From contig CALIMZ010000010.1 in assembly GCA_938045235.1 (NCBI GenBank), positions 2,060 through 66,059 on the forward strand: 64,000 bases of DNA, in the 5' to 3' direction. Under the pieces are notes generated by a model. It made no database searches, was not told the origin of the DNA, and saw nothing but the letters and a program-made list of their open reading frames with translations. This DNA is from an uncultured Candidatus Saccharibacteria bacterium (GTDB taxonomy: Bacteria > Patescibacteriota > Saccharimonadia > Saccharimonadales > Saccharimonadaceae). The translations under genes were made by a program, and so were the position numbers. Of the stretch, positions 38,612-47,857 are shown in pieces (the stretch's first letter is position 1; each line of letters starts with the position of its first letter).

Positions 38612-39910
38612 CTACTCTTCTTCCTGGAGCGCTCCACGGACCGCTTTTTGATAGAGGTCAGCTCGTGCAGCGGTTTGTTCTTGCATCGTTTGCTCTTGAC
38701 GATCAGCTTCTTCCCACGCTTCTGATCGTGTTTGCGCTGCTTGCTCCAATGAGGCTTTTTCCAGTTTGGGGCTTTTTAATCGTTTTTCGTATAGCGCGAT
38801 GTTATCTTTAATTGCCGCCACTCTGTCCTTTGCCGCTTGCAGCTCCTCCGTCTTCTCTGCGGGTGACCATGCACCAAGTGCCACTCCATTCCTATCAGTC
38901 CTTGACCATACACCGAGTGCCACTCCATTTTTGTCAACCTTTCCTCCGTTAGTGAGCTCATCTACCTCAGCCTGTGCTTCCACCAAAGACTCTTTCAGTG
39001 TATTAATTGCATAGTTGTAGTCATCAATAGTACCTAGTTTTTGTGCGATACTGGATCTTTCTGCGCGAGCTTTGGACGCAGCGGCACTGGCGGTGTCAGC
39101 GTCTTTGCTAGCAATAGCATGCTCAATAGCGGCTCTACCGACATTCCGTTTTTGCTCGTCGGGTATTCCGGCGAGGATTTCACGAACTTCCCGGCGAGAA
39201 GCTCCTTGTTCTCGCAACTCATGCCGCAATGCCTTGCGTGCTTTAGCGTCGATCGCACGCTCTGCGAGCTCTTTGATGTTCTCGCTTCGTCGCTGCTCGG
39301 CATTTTCTCCGACAGTTCGTTCGCGGGCGAGCATAGTCTCTTCTTGTTTATCTCGATCTTTCGAGATACTCTCTTTGTGCTTTTTTGCCGCTTCGAGCTT
39401 ACTCCTGCGGCGTTGTGCAAGACGACTATTTTCTCCCGTTTTTTTGACGGCGTCTTCGTATCGTTTATTTTGGCGCGCAACGCGACCATCAGCGAGCCAG
39501 TTACGAAAGTTAAGGCGAAGTAATTTTGGCGTTTCTTTTAAATTGGTCCAAGCCATCTTAGCGCCTTCAATTAGCTTCATACGCTGATTATTTGCCTCTT
39601 TTACCATTTGGCGTACCGGGTAACTTCGACCGAGGATTTCTTTATCAGTGAGTTGATCCGGAGTCATGGGCTCACTATCAGCTTGCGCAGTTTCTTGCTC
39701 AGTAGTGATAGTGTCTGTAGTTTCTTGCGAAGAAACGTCGGATGTTTCTCCTGAGATACTGCTTGATTCATCCTCTGCGGATGGTGTTTGCGCCCCTTGC
39801 TCTTCGTATGCTTGGTATGCGGCATCGTCTTCTGCCGTCCAGCTACCCTCTTGGTCGTTTATCTCTTCTGCTCCTCTCGGAGCTGGTGCTATCATATTTG
39901 GTGATCGCAT
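38612..39910 (-). CDS. Hypothetical coiled-coil protein with acidic disordered N-terminus
   Basis: 432 aa, E/K/R/A-rich. Confidence 0.7.
   Translation of the reverse strand: MRSPNMIAPAPRGAEEINDQEGSWTAEDDAAYQAYEEQGAQTPSAEDESSSISGETSDVSSQETTDTITTEQETAQADSEPMTPDQLTDKEILGRSYPVRQMVKEANNQRMKLIEGAKMAWTNLKETPKLLRLNFRNWLADGRVARQNKRYEDAVKKTGENSRLAQRRRSKLEAAKKHKESISKDRDKQEETMLARERTVGENAEQRRSENIKELAERAIDAKARKALRHELREQGASRREVREILAGIPDEQKRNVGRAAIEHAIASKDADTASAAASKARAERSSIAQKLGTIDDYNYAINTLKESLVEAQAEVDELTNGGKVDKNGVALGVWSRTDRNGVALGAWSPAEKTEELQAAKDRVAAIKDNIALYEKRLKSPKLEKASLEQAAQTRSEAWEEADRQEQTMQEQTAARADLYQKAVRGALQEEE
38864..38936. repeat. 39-bp-period imperfect tandem duplication (2 copies) inside CDS
   Basis: TGACCATGCACCAAGTGCCACTCCATT at 38864 and TGACCATACACCGAGTGCCACTCCATT at 38903; encodes DKNGVALGVWS / DRNGVALGAWS. 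Confidence 0.85.
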
Positions 39911-40011
39911 AGTTTTTCTTTCTTTTATTTGCTAACTTAGCGTCCACTATATCATAAGCGCAATGAAAAGGCAATACCCGCCGCTCGCGTGCACTATGGT
40001 AAAATGAAAGC

Positions 40012-41256
40012 ATGTTAGATATTCGGTTCATTAGAGAGAATGCGGAGCGCGTACAGACGGCAGCGACGCAAAAGGGGTATCAAGTTTCAATTGCGCAATT
40101 GCTAGAGTTGGATGATTCGCGGCGAACGTTGCAGCGGCAAGTTGATGAGCTGCGCCAGAAGCGGAATGAAATCGCTGCAAAAATGAAGAACGGGCAGCCA
40201 GAGCAAAAATTGATTGATCAGGGTAAACAGATAAAGACTGAACTTATTGAGCTTGAGGAGCACCTAAAAAAGGCTGACACTGAATGTATAGCACTGATCA
40301 AGGCTGTGCCGAACGTGACCGCTGATGATGTTCCGCTCGGCGGCGAAGCTGATAGCGTGGAAGTTAAGCGCTGGGGCGAGCAGCCGACGGGTGCGATTGA
40401 CCACCTGGATTATGCGACGAAGCGCGGTTGGGTTGACTTTGAACGCGGCGCAAAGGTTGCCGGTGCGAAATTTTATTATCTAAAAGGCGATTTGGCGCTG
40501 CTTGAAAACGCGGTGACGCAATTTGCGCTTAACTTTCTGATCACAAAAGGTTTCACCTATATGACGGTGCCGCACATGGTAAATTCACGCACCGCTGAGG
40601 GTGCAGGGTTCGCACCGAAGGGCAACGTGAGCGACGACCAATATTTTGTTGAGGGCGAAGATTTGACGCTGATTGGTACAGCGGAAATGCCGCTCACTGG
40701 ATATCACGCTGATGATATAATTGACGAGAAAAAAATGCCGCTTTATTACGTCGGCTATAGCCCGTGTTACCGCAAAGAAGCAGGTACGTACGGCAAGCAT
40801 GCACGTGGATTGTTCCGCGTTCATCAGTTTAATAAGCTGGAGATGTATATCTTTTGCACGCCCGAGCAATCGCTTGATATGCACGAAAAGATTTTATCGC
40901 TTGAAGAAGAAATTTGGCAAGCTATCGGCATTCCATACCATGTCGTGAATATTGCAGCAGGAGACTTGGGCGCGCCGGCGTTCAAAAAATACGATATTGA
41001 ATATTGGTCGCCGGTCGACGGTACGTATCGCGAATTAACGAGCTGTTCAAATTGTACGGACTTTCAGACGCATAGTTTGAATATTCGCGTGCGGCGCGCT
41101 GACGGCTCGCTTGATACGGCGCATTCGCTGAATGGTACGGCGGTGAGCTTGGCGCGGAGCTTGGTAGCGATTCTAGAGAACTGCCAAACAGCGGACGGCA
41201 AGCTGCGTATTCCTGAAGTACTCCGACCATATATGGGTAACCACGAGGAAATCTAG
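40012..41256 (+). CDS. serS: Serine--tRNA ligase
   Basis: MLDIRFIREN, LIGTAE, YRKEAG, GLFRVHQF.KLE, ELTSCSNCTDFQ, LNGT. Confidence 0.98.
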   Translation: MLDIRFIRENAERVQTAATQKGYQVSIAQLLELDDSRRTLQRQVDELRQKRNEIAAKMKNGQPEQKLIDQGKQIKTELIELEEHLKKADTECIALIKAVPNVTADDVPLGGEADSVEVKRWGEQPTGAIDHLDYATKRGWVDFERGAKVAGAKFYYLKGDLALLENAVTQFALNFLITKGFTYMTVPHMVNSRTAEGAGFAPKGNVSDDQYFVEGEDLTLIGTAEMPLTGYHADDIIDEKKMPLYYVGYSPCYRKEAGTYGKHARGLFRVHQFNKLEMYIFCTPEQSLDMHEKILSLEEEIWQAIGIPYHVVNIAAGDLGAPAFKKYDIEYWSPVDGTYRELTSCSNCTDFQTHSLNIRVRRADGSLDTAHSLNGTAVSLARSLVAILENCQTADGKLRIPEVLRPYMGNHEEI

Positions 41257-41259
41257 ACG

Positions 41260-42387
41260 GTGAAGCGAGCGATTCGCAAACTGAGTCGGCAGGGCTATAA
41301 ACATATCGCGAAGCCGTTATTATTCCGCGAGCACCCGGACAAAGCGCATGCGCATATGATTATAGCGGCGCGCGGATTGCAGAAAGTGCGGCTTACTGGC
41401 GTGCTGAATGTGTGGCGCTACCAAAGTCCGCGGTTAGAGCAGGAGCTCCTCGGGATTCGCTTCAAAAATCCGATCGGTATGTCGGCAGGGCTCGATAAGA
41501 ATTTTGATTTACCGCCAATTGCAAAACGAATCGGACTGGGGTTTGAGATTGGCGGTTCGACGACGGCTCATGTGTGCGCCGGTAATCCGCGCCCGTGGTT
41601 TAAGCGGTTGCCGAGCGAGAAATCAATCGTCGTTAACGTTGGGCTGGCGAACAATGGGATTGAGCGCAATATCGAGCGTATTCATTCGTACCCTCGGAAA
41701 TTATGGCGTGATTTTCCGCTGAGCGTGTCGGTTGCGAAAACAAATTCGCCGCAGACGGCGACGGATGATGAAGCGGTTGAAGATTATTGTGCAAGTTTGC
41801 GGCTGCTTGAGTCGGCAAACGCCGTGCCGTTGTACGAGGTGAATGTTAGCTGTCCGAATACGTACGGCGGCGAGCCATTTACAACGCCGGCACGGTTAGA
41901 GAAATTACTTTCAGCGATTGATGAACTGCACCTGACAAAACCAGTGTTTATCAAATTGCCGACCGATAAATCGTGGACGCAATTCAAAGCGTTGCTACGC
42001 GTTGCAGACAAACATCGTGTTACTGGGCTAACGATTGGAAATTTGGTGAAAAATCGAGCAAAGTTAAAGCATCCCGATAAACTTAGCAGTGATGTAAAAG
42101 GCAACTTGAGCGGACTACCGGCGCAGAAGATTACGACGAAGCTGATTTATAAAACATACGAAGCGTATCGCGATCGGTTCGTGATTATCGGTGTTGGCGG
42201 CGTGTTTACAGCGGTTGATGCCTATGAAAAAATCTGTGCCGGCGCAAGCTTGGTCGCGATGGTAACGGCGCTCATGTTTGAGGGGCCGCAGGTTGTGGGC
42301 GAGATTAACGAAGGGCTTGTAAAGCTGCTTGACCGCGATGGCTTTGCGACGATAACTGAGGCGATTGGATCGGCGCATCACTCATGA
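41260..42387 (+). CDS. pyrD: Dihydroorotate dehydrogenase, class-2-like
   Basis: NPIGMSAGLDKN, GNPRP..KRL, NVSCPN, IKL, LSG, IIGVGGV. Confidence 0.9.
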   Translation: MKRAIRKLSRQGYKHIAKPLLFREHPDKAHAHMIIAARGLQKVRLTGVLNVWRYQSPRLEQELLGIRFKNPIGMSAGLDKNFDLPPIAKRIGLGFEIGGSTTAHVCAGNPRPWFKRLPSEKSIVVNVGLANNGIERNIERIHSYPRKLWRDFPLSVSVAKTNSPQTATDDEAVEDYCASLRLLESANAVPLYEVNVSCPNTYGGEPFTTPARLEKLLSAIDELHLTKPVFIKLPTDKSWTQFKALLRVADKHRVTGLTIGNLVKNRAKLKHPDKLSSDVKGNLSGLPAQKITTKLIYKTYEAYRDRFVIIGVGGVFTAVDAYEKICAGASLVAMVTALMFEGPQVVGEINEGLVKLLDRDGFATITEAIGSAHHS

Positions 42388-42464
42388 ATCTTTACTACGT
42401 ATTCTCGCCGTAAAATCATGCTATACTAAAGGCATACTAACGGTTAAACGAAAGGATCTTAGAA

Positions 42465-42839
42465 ATGATCGCAGATGTCGAAGTAGCCGGTATCGGGGGC
42501 TATACTCCTGATGAGCCAACCAAAAAATACATTCGCAAAAAAATCGGCGCCCTTGATAGGCTTGTTACGCGCCACGCTCGCAAAACAATCAGTGCCATTG
42601 TAAAAATTGAGGAAGTTAATCGCGACCACGGTAATAAGTATGAGGTTGAGGCGGTTTTGACCGTGCCGGATAAAACGATAAAGGCAAAAGACTCGACGGT
42701 TAATGTGCTCGCTGCGACTGATATTGTTGAGCAAAAGTTAGCGGCGCAGTTGCGTAAATACAAAGAAGACCGCGTGCCGCACGTTGGGCGGCGCGGACTT
42801 TTGGCGCGGTTTAAGCGTAGTTACGACCGCGAATCGTAA
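42465..42839 (+). CDS. hpf: Ribosome hibernation promoting factor (short HPF/RaiA family)
   Basis: YIRKKIG.LDR, AATD.VEQKL..QLRKYKE; upstream of secA. Confidence 0.85.
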   Translation: MIADVEVAGIGGYTPDEPTKKYIRKKIGALDRLVTRHARKTISAIVKIEEVNRDHGNKYEVEAVLTVPDKTIKAKDSTVNVLAATDIVEQKLAAQLRKYKEDRVPHVGRRGLLARFKRSYDRES

Positions 42840-42859
42840 GATTTAATAGCGATAATCGT

Positions 42860-42898
42860 AAACAGCTCGCGTGCCGATCAGTATCTCGAGCTGTTTTT
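42860..42898 (+). terminator. Intrinsic terminator after hpf
   Basis: AAACAGCTCG...CGAGCTGTTTTT. Confidence 0.7.
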
Positions 42899-42985
42899 CT
42901 TTTGACAACCCTTTATTTATAATGCGCTCAATAGTATAATAAAGCGTAGATTTTCTGAACTAGCTAGCAAATGGAGAGGGTTTGA

Positions 42986-45613
42986 ATGGTTACGAGAGAC
43001 AAAGCGTTGACAAAAGTGTTCGGCGATCCGCAGAAGCGGATTTTGAAGCGTTTACAAAAAAAAGTTGACGAGATTAATAAGCTTGGTCCAAAGTATAAAA
43101 AAATGTCGACTGACGATCTGGCGGCGCAGACTAATGTGCTACGCAAAAAACTTAAGAAAAAAAACGTAACGCTTGATACGATTTTACCGGATGCGTTTGC
43201 GGTGGTACGCGAAATGGCTGACCGTGTGATCGGCGAACGGCATTACGATGTACAGTTGATCGGTAGCATGGTGCTGCACGAAGGCAATGTCGCCGAGCTA
43301 AAGACTGGCGAGGGAAAAACGCTTATGTCAACGCTGGCGGCATATTTGAATGCGCTTGAAGGTAAGGGCGTGCACATTGTGACAGTGAACGATTATCTGG
43401 CGCAGCGCGACGCCGGCTGGATGGGGCAGATTTATGACGCGCTTGGCATGACGACGGGTGTTATCATCAACGACGCGTCGTTTTTATATGACAGTGAATA
43501 CGACAATGAGGACCACACCGACCCGCGCATGAAAAAGTTGCGCCCTTGCACGCGCAAAGAGGCTTACGAGGCGGATATTACATACGGGACGAATAATGAG
43601 TTCGGGTTTGATTATTTGCGCGACAACATGGTGAACGAAATCGGGCTGGTGCGCCAGCGCGAACTCAACTTTGCGATTGTTGACGAGGTCGACTCAATTC
43701 TAATCGACGAAGCGCGCACGCCGCTTATTATCAGCGCACCAGCTGCTGAAAATCCGGATAGCTACTATCAGTTTGCGAAAATTGCGGCGCAGCTGACGCC
43801 TGACGACTACACGCTTGAGGAAAAACATAAACAGGTGGCGCTAAGTGATCAGGGTGTTGAGAAGGTCCAAAAGATGCTTGGTATAAAAAATTTGTACACA
43901 CCGGAATATGTGCGCAGCGTGTATCATATGGATCAGGCCTTGCGCGCACAAACATTATTCCATCGCGACAAAGATTATGTAGTGACGAACGATGGCGAAG
44001 TGATTATCGTTGACGAGCATACTGGTCGTTTGAAGCAGGGTAACCGCTACAATGAAGGGCTGCATCAGGCGATTGAAGCGAAAGAGGGCGTACCAGTGCT
44101 GCAAGAAAGCATGACGCTTGCGACGATTTCGTTTCAAAATTACTTCCGGCTGTATAAGAAATTAAGTGGCATGACAGGTACAGCCTTTACTGAAGCCGAA
44201 GAATTTCAACAAATTTATTCACTCGACGTCGTGGTCGTGCCGCCGAACAAACCAATTACTCGCAAAGACCACGAAGATCTGATATACAAAACTGAAAAAG
44301 GCAAGCTGAAGGCAGTAGCACAGGCGATTAAAGAATATCACGCTGAGGGGCGTCCAGTGCTCGTTGGTTCGGGCAGTATTGCTAAAAATGAGATGATTGC
44401 TGATTACCTGGATAAAGAAGGGATTAAGTATGAGATTCTCAATGCGAAAAATAATGAGCGCGAAGCAGAAATTATTGCGCGGGCAGGCGAGAAAGGTGCA
44501 ATTACACTTGCGACAAACATTGCTGGGCGTGGTACTGACATTAAGCTTGGCGAAGGCGTAAAAGAGCTTGGCGGGCTCGTGGTGATTGGCAGCGAGCGCC
44601 ACGAATCACGTCGCATTGACAACCAGCTGCGTGGGCGCGGCGGCCGCCAGGGCGACCCGGGCGATACGCAGTTTTACGTATCGACCGAAGACGACTTGAT
44701 GCGAATTTTCCAGGGGGAGCGTATCGCGGCGCTTATGGAACGTTTAGGAGTCGACGAAGAGACGGCGATTCAAAACAAAGCTGTGTCGAAGACGCTTGAG
44801 GCGGCGCAAAAGCGTGTCGAAGGCTATAACTTTGATACGCGTAAAAATGTTGTTCAATACGATAATGTGATTAATCGCCACCGCAAGGTTGTTTATACAA
44901 TGCGGCGCAAGATTCTTGAAGGCGATAATATCAAACCGGAAATCCAGCGGCTGCTTAGCGTTAAGATAGCTGAATTAACAGATGTACCCGCTAAGAATAA
45001 TCCGAAGTTTGCCGAGGAATTTGAAGAGATTATTCCGCTTGATTCGGAAGAAATTAAGAAGATTGGTGCGATAAAAAAGGACCGCGTGCGGCGTGAGACA
45101 GCGCTTGAGGCGGCGCAAAAACTGTATGCCGAGAAAGAGTCGGAAATGGGCGAAGATCTGATCCGCCGGATTGAGCGCGAAGTATATCTTCAGGTGCTTG
45201 ATACCTTGTGGATGCAGCACTTAGAGAACATGCAGCATTTGCGCGAGGGTATTCACTGGCGCAGCGTTGGGCAGCGTGATCCGCTGGTTGAGTACCGCAG
45301 CGAGTCGCAGAAGTTGTTTGACAGTTTGCAAGCGACGTTACGCGACGAAGTGTTGCGGGCGATTTATCATGTGCGCCCGACTGACGCGATCAGCCGCGAA
45401 TCGGTTGATGATGACCACGAAACTGAGCTAACTAAACTTGCGGAAACATCAGTTGAGCACGGCGTGAATGAAATTACCGGCGGCGAGGAGAATCGCGATC
45501 GTGATTTTACCAAAGTAAAAACGACCAAAACCAACGCCGACATCAACCATAAACGCAACGTTGCGCGCAAGAAGAAAAAGGCGCAGCGCCAAAACCGTAA
45601 GAAGAGGCGATAA
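42986..45613 (+). CDS. secA: Preprotein translocase ATPase SecA
   Basis: KTGEGKT, VTVNDYLA, FDYLRDNM, DEVDSILIDEARTPLIIS, ATNIAGRGTDI, QLRGR. Confidence 0.99.
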   Translation: MVTRDKALTKVFGDPQKRILKRLQKKVDEINKLGPKYKKMSTDDLAAQTNVLRKKLKKKNVTLDTILPDAFAVVREMADRVIGERHYDVQLIGSMVLHEGNVAELKTGEGKTLMSTLAAYLNALEGKGVHIVTVNDYLAQRDAGWMGQIYDALGMTTGVIINDASFLYDSEYDNEDHTDPRMKKLRPCTRKEAYEADITYGTNNEFGFDYLRDNMVNEIGLVRQRELNFAIVDEVDSILIDEARTPLIISAPAAENPDSYYQFAKIAAQLTPDDYTLEEKHKQVALSDQGVEKVQKMLGIKNLYTPEYVRSVYHMDQALRAQTLFHRDKDYVVTNDGEVIIVDEHTGRLKQGNRYNEGLHQAIEAKEGVPVLQESMTLATISFQNYFRLYKKLSGMTGTAFTEAEEFQQIYSLDVVVVPPNKPITRKDHEDLIYKTEKGKLKAVAQAIKEYHAEGRPVLVGSGSIAKNEMIADYLDKEGIKYEILNAKNNEREAEIIARAGEKGAITLATNIAGRGTDIKLGEGVKELGGLVVIGSERHESRRIDNQLRGRGGRQGDPGDTQFYVSTEDDLMRIFQGERIAALMERLGVDEETAIQNKAVSKTLEAAQKRVEGYNFDTRKNVVQYDNVINRHRKVVYTMRRKILEGDNIKPEIQRLLSVKIAELTDVPAKNNPKFAEEFEEIIPLDSEEIKKIGAIKKDRVRRETALEAAQKLYAEKESEMGEDLIRRIEREVYLQVLDTLWMQHLENMQHLREGIHWRSVGQRDPLVEYRSESQKLFDSLQATLRDEVLRAIYHVRPTDAISRESVDDDHETELTKLAETSVEHGVNEITGGEENRDRDFTKVKTTKTNADINHKRNVARKKKKAQRQNRKKRR

Positions 45614-45614
45614 G

Positions 45615-46895
45615 ATGAAACATACAGTATCAGAGGTGCGCTTAGCAAATGGCGCGCGCGGATTGTTGATTGATGTGCCAGGCGCGACGGTGATGAGTTT
45701 CCGCTTTCATTTTCGTGCCGGCAACCGCTATGTCGGCGATAAAAATGTGTACGAAACAGCACACATCATGGAGCATATGGCATTTGGCGCGAACGCGCAG
45801 TTTGCAAACGAACACGCTTACGAAGCAGAATTTACCAAGAATGGCGCTTACCATAACGCGATGACGAGCGATTTGTCGATGGTGTATGTGGCGGAATGCG
45901 CGGATTTTGAATGGGAGCGAATCTTGCGGTTGCAGCAAGTTGCGATTTGCCAGCCGCGGTTTAAGCAAGAGGAGCTTGATGCCGAAAAAGGCAATGTGCG
46001 CAGCGAGCTTACGGGTTATTTGAACAATAATGGGTATGTATTATGGCCAAAAATTCAGCAGCTGATGGGCGAGGATGTTTATACGTTTCGGCAGCGCTTG
46101 CGGCTGATAGATAATGTGACACTTCAGCATATCCGTCATCATCATACATTGACGCATACGAGTGATAATATGCGCTTTGTTATTGCCGGAAACCTGCATG
46201 GGCGTAAGGCGCATATCCAGCGCATGCTTGAAGCGTGGGAACTTCCGCGGGGTAAACGTTTTGACGTGCCGCGCGATGAATTAAGGAAGGCTGGCCCGAC
46301 CTTGATCCGCCGCAAAGAGGCGAGTAATTTGACTTTTGGTTGGAGTATGGCGTTGCCACGTGAGTTAGATGATGATGAGTCCGAGGCAATGGCGTGTCTG
46401 AATCATATTTTAACCGGCACGATGCACTCGCGTATTTTTGGCGCCGCGCGCAAGAAGGGCTTAGCATACGGCATGTTTAGCGAAACGTCGACAGGATTCT
46501 ACGATAGCGGCTGGGATTTTGGCGGGCAGGTTAATTTAGAGACAGCCGATAAACTATTTGATATTATCGCGCGCGAAATCCGTGCGGTGCTGAATGGTGA
46601 AATTACCGAAGAGGAACTTGATGCCGCAAAATCATACGCGCTTGGGCGCTATCAGATGGGTGCGCAAACGGTTGCGCAGATTAGTAATTTTTACCGCGGG
46701 CGCTATTTCGGCGATGGTTTCGTGAGGAATTACGATCACGTGCCGGACGAAATCCGTAACGTTTCGCGCGAGCGTATGCTGCGTACGGCGCGTGAGTTTA
46801 TTGATGCAAATACCTGGGTATTTGCAGGCGTTAGTAGCGGCGTGAAGGACGATATTGTGCGAATTAACAATAAGCTTGAGACGTTGTTTAAGTAA
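45615..46895 (+). CDS. M16 (pitrilysin-like) zinc peptidase
   Basis: Inverted zincin HIMEH, NAMTS, E.GNVRSE, KGLAY. Confidence 0.88.
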   Translation: MKHTVSEVRLANGARGLLIDVPGATVMSFRFHFRAGNRYVGDKNVYETAHIMEHMAFGANAQFANEHAYEAEFTKNGAYHNAMTSDLSMVYVAECADFEWERILRLQQVAICQPRFKQEELDAEKGNVRSELTGYLNNNGYVLWPKIQQLMGEDVYTFRQRLRLIDNVTLQHIRHHHTLTHTSDNMRFVIAGNLHGRKAHIQRMLEAWELPRGKRFDVPRDELRKAGPTLIRRKEASNLTFGWSMALPRELDDDESEAMACLNHILTGTMHSRIFGAARKKGLAYGMFSETSTGFYDSGWDFGGQVNLETADKLFDIIAREIRAVLNGEITEEELDAAKSYALGRYQMGAQTVAQISNFYRGRYFGDGFVRNYDHVPDEIRNVSRERMLRTAREFIDANTWVFAGVSSGVKDDIVRINNKLETLFK

Positions 46896-46991
46896 CATTA
46901 TTAAAATTTGCTTTTTGTGTGATTCTATTGTATCCTAGACCCTAGACAATACACCAACAGGGGTGTATTGTAGATCTTCTTGGGAGGGGCA

Positions 46992-47771
46992 ATGAGCCTT
47001 ACCATGTCCGTATCTGGAACAGGACTGTTTTTTGCAGCGCTTGCTGCCCTTGTGGGGTTTTTCGTTGCTTCGGATGTGGCGGTGGTTGATAGTAATATTC
47101 TTGACGACGATCGTCTTGGGCGAGTCGTCTTCAAGAATATGGTTGTGATGTATACGATAGCAAACGTTGTCGTATACAGCATGACGGCGCTGTCGCCGCT
47201 GCCGCCGCGTTCGGAGACGCGCGCTGCAACGGTCGCAGAGGTTACGTCCCATTTCGGTCTGGAGTCGGGTAAAGAGTATCCGCTCCAGCTAGGTGAGCGT
47301 TTCGCTGGCACGTCTGGCGATGCGCATGTCATTAGTGGGCTTTTTTACACCTATAGTTCGGGTTCATGGAATCCGGCGACAGGACTCTCAATTGGATTCT
47401 CTGCCGAGGATGGTAGATCCTATATACTTGAGATTCCGACAGCAAAAGTGGCGTTTGTTCAGTCTGAGACAACTGAACCGAGCGTCAGATTGAACATGGG
47501 TGGTGGTGTCTGGTCTAACGAGCGTGATGCTCGTGTGCTCATTCACCGTGAAATGTCAGGCTGCTCGGTTGTTATTGATGCCGGATGGTGGACATGTCAT
47601 CGAGACATTCTGTCGGAAACGAAAAACTACGTGGTTTCCGACGATCTTGATCGACGGGGGCTTGCCCCGATCGTAGCAAGTGCCTTCGGACGTCACAACA
47701 GCGATAGCGATGCGTCTGCAACTATCACGCTCTCGCCGCAGGCGTACAATGACCTGCTGAACGGCAGATAA
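46992..47771 (+). CDS. Hypothetical membrane-anchored protein
   Basis: Two N-terminal hydrophobic segments; SD GGAGG; own promoter TTGCTT-17-TATCCT (46908-46936). Confidence 0.65.
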   Translation: MSLTMSVSGTGLFFAALAALVGFFVASDVAVVDSNILDDDRLGRVVFKNMVVMYTIANVVVYSMTALSPLPPRSETRAATVAEVTSHFGLESGKEYPLQLGERFAGTSGDAHVISGLFYTYSSGSWNPATGLSIGFSAEDGRSYILEIPTAKVAFVQSETTEPSVRLNMGGGVWSNERDARVLIHREMSGCSVVIDAGWWTCHRDILSETKNYVVSDDLDRRGLAPIVASAFGRHNSDSDASATITLSPQAYNDLLNGR

Positions 47772-47789
47772 ACGCTCAAGAGGGTTGTT

Positions 47790-47843
47790 CCCGCCAGAGT
47801 GTCAGAGTAAGCACTTTGCTCTGGCGGGGTGTTTACTTTTTTT
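47790..47843 (+). terminator. Terminator-like hairpin before murD
   Basis: CCCGCCAGAGT...GCTCTGGCGGG then T-rich. Confidence 0.65.
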
Positions 47844-47857
47844 GGTAAAATAGAAGC

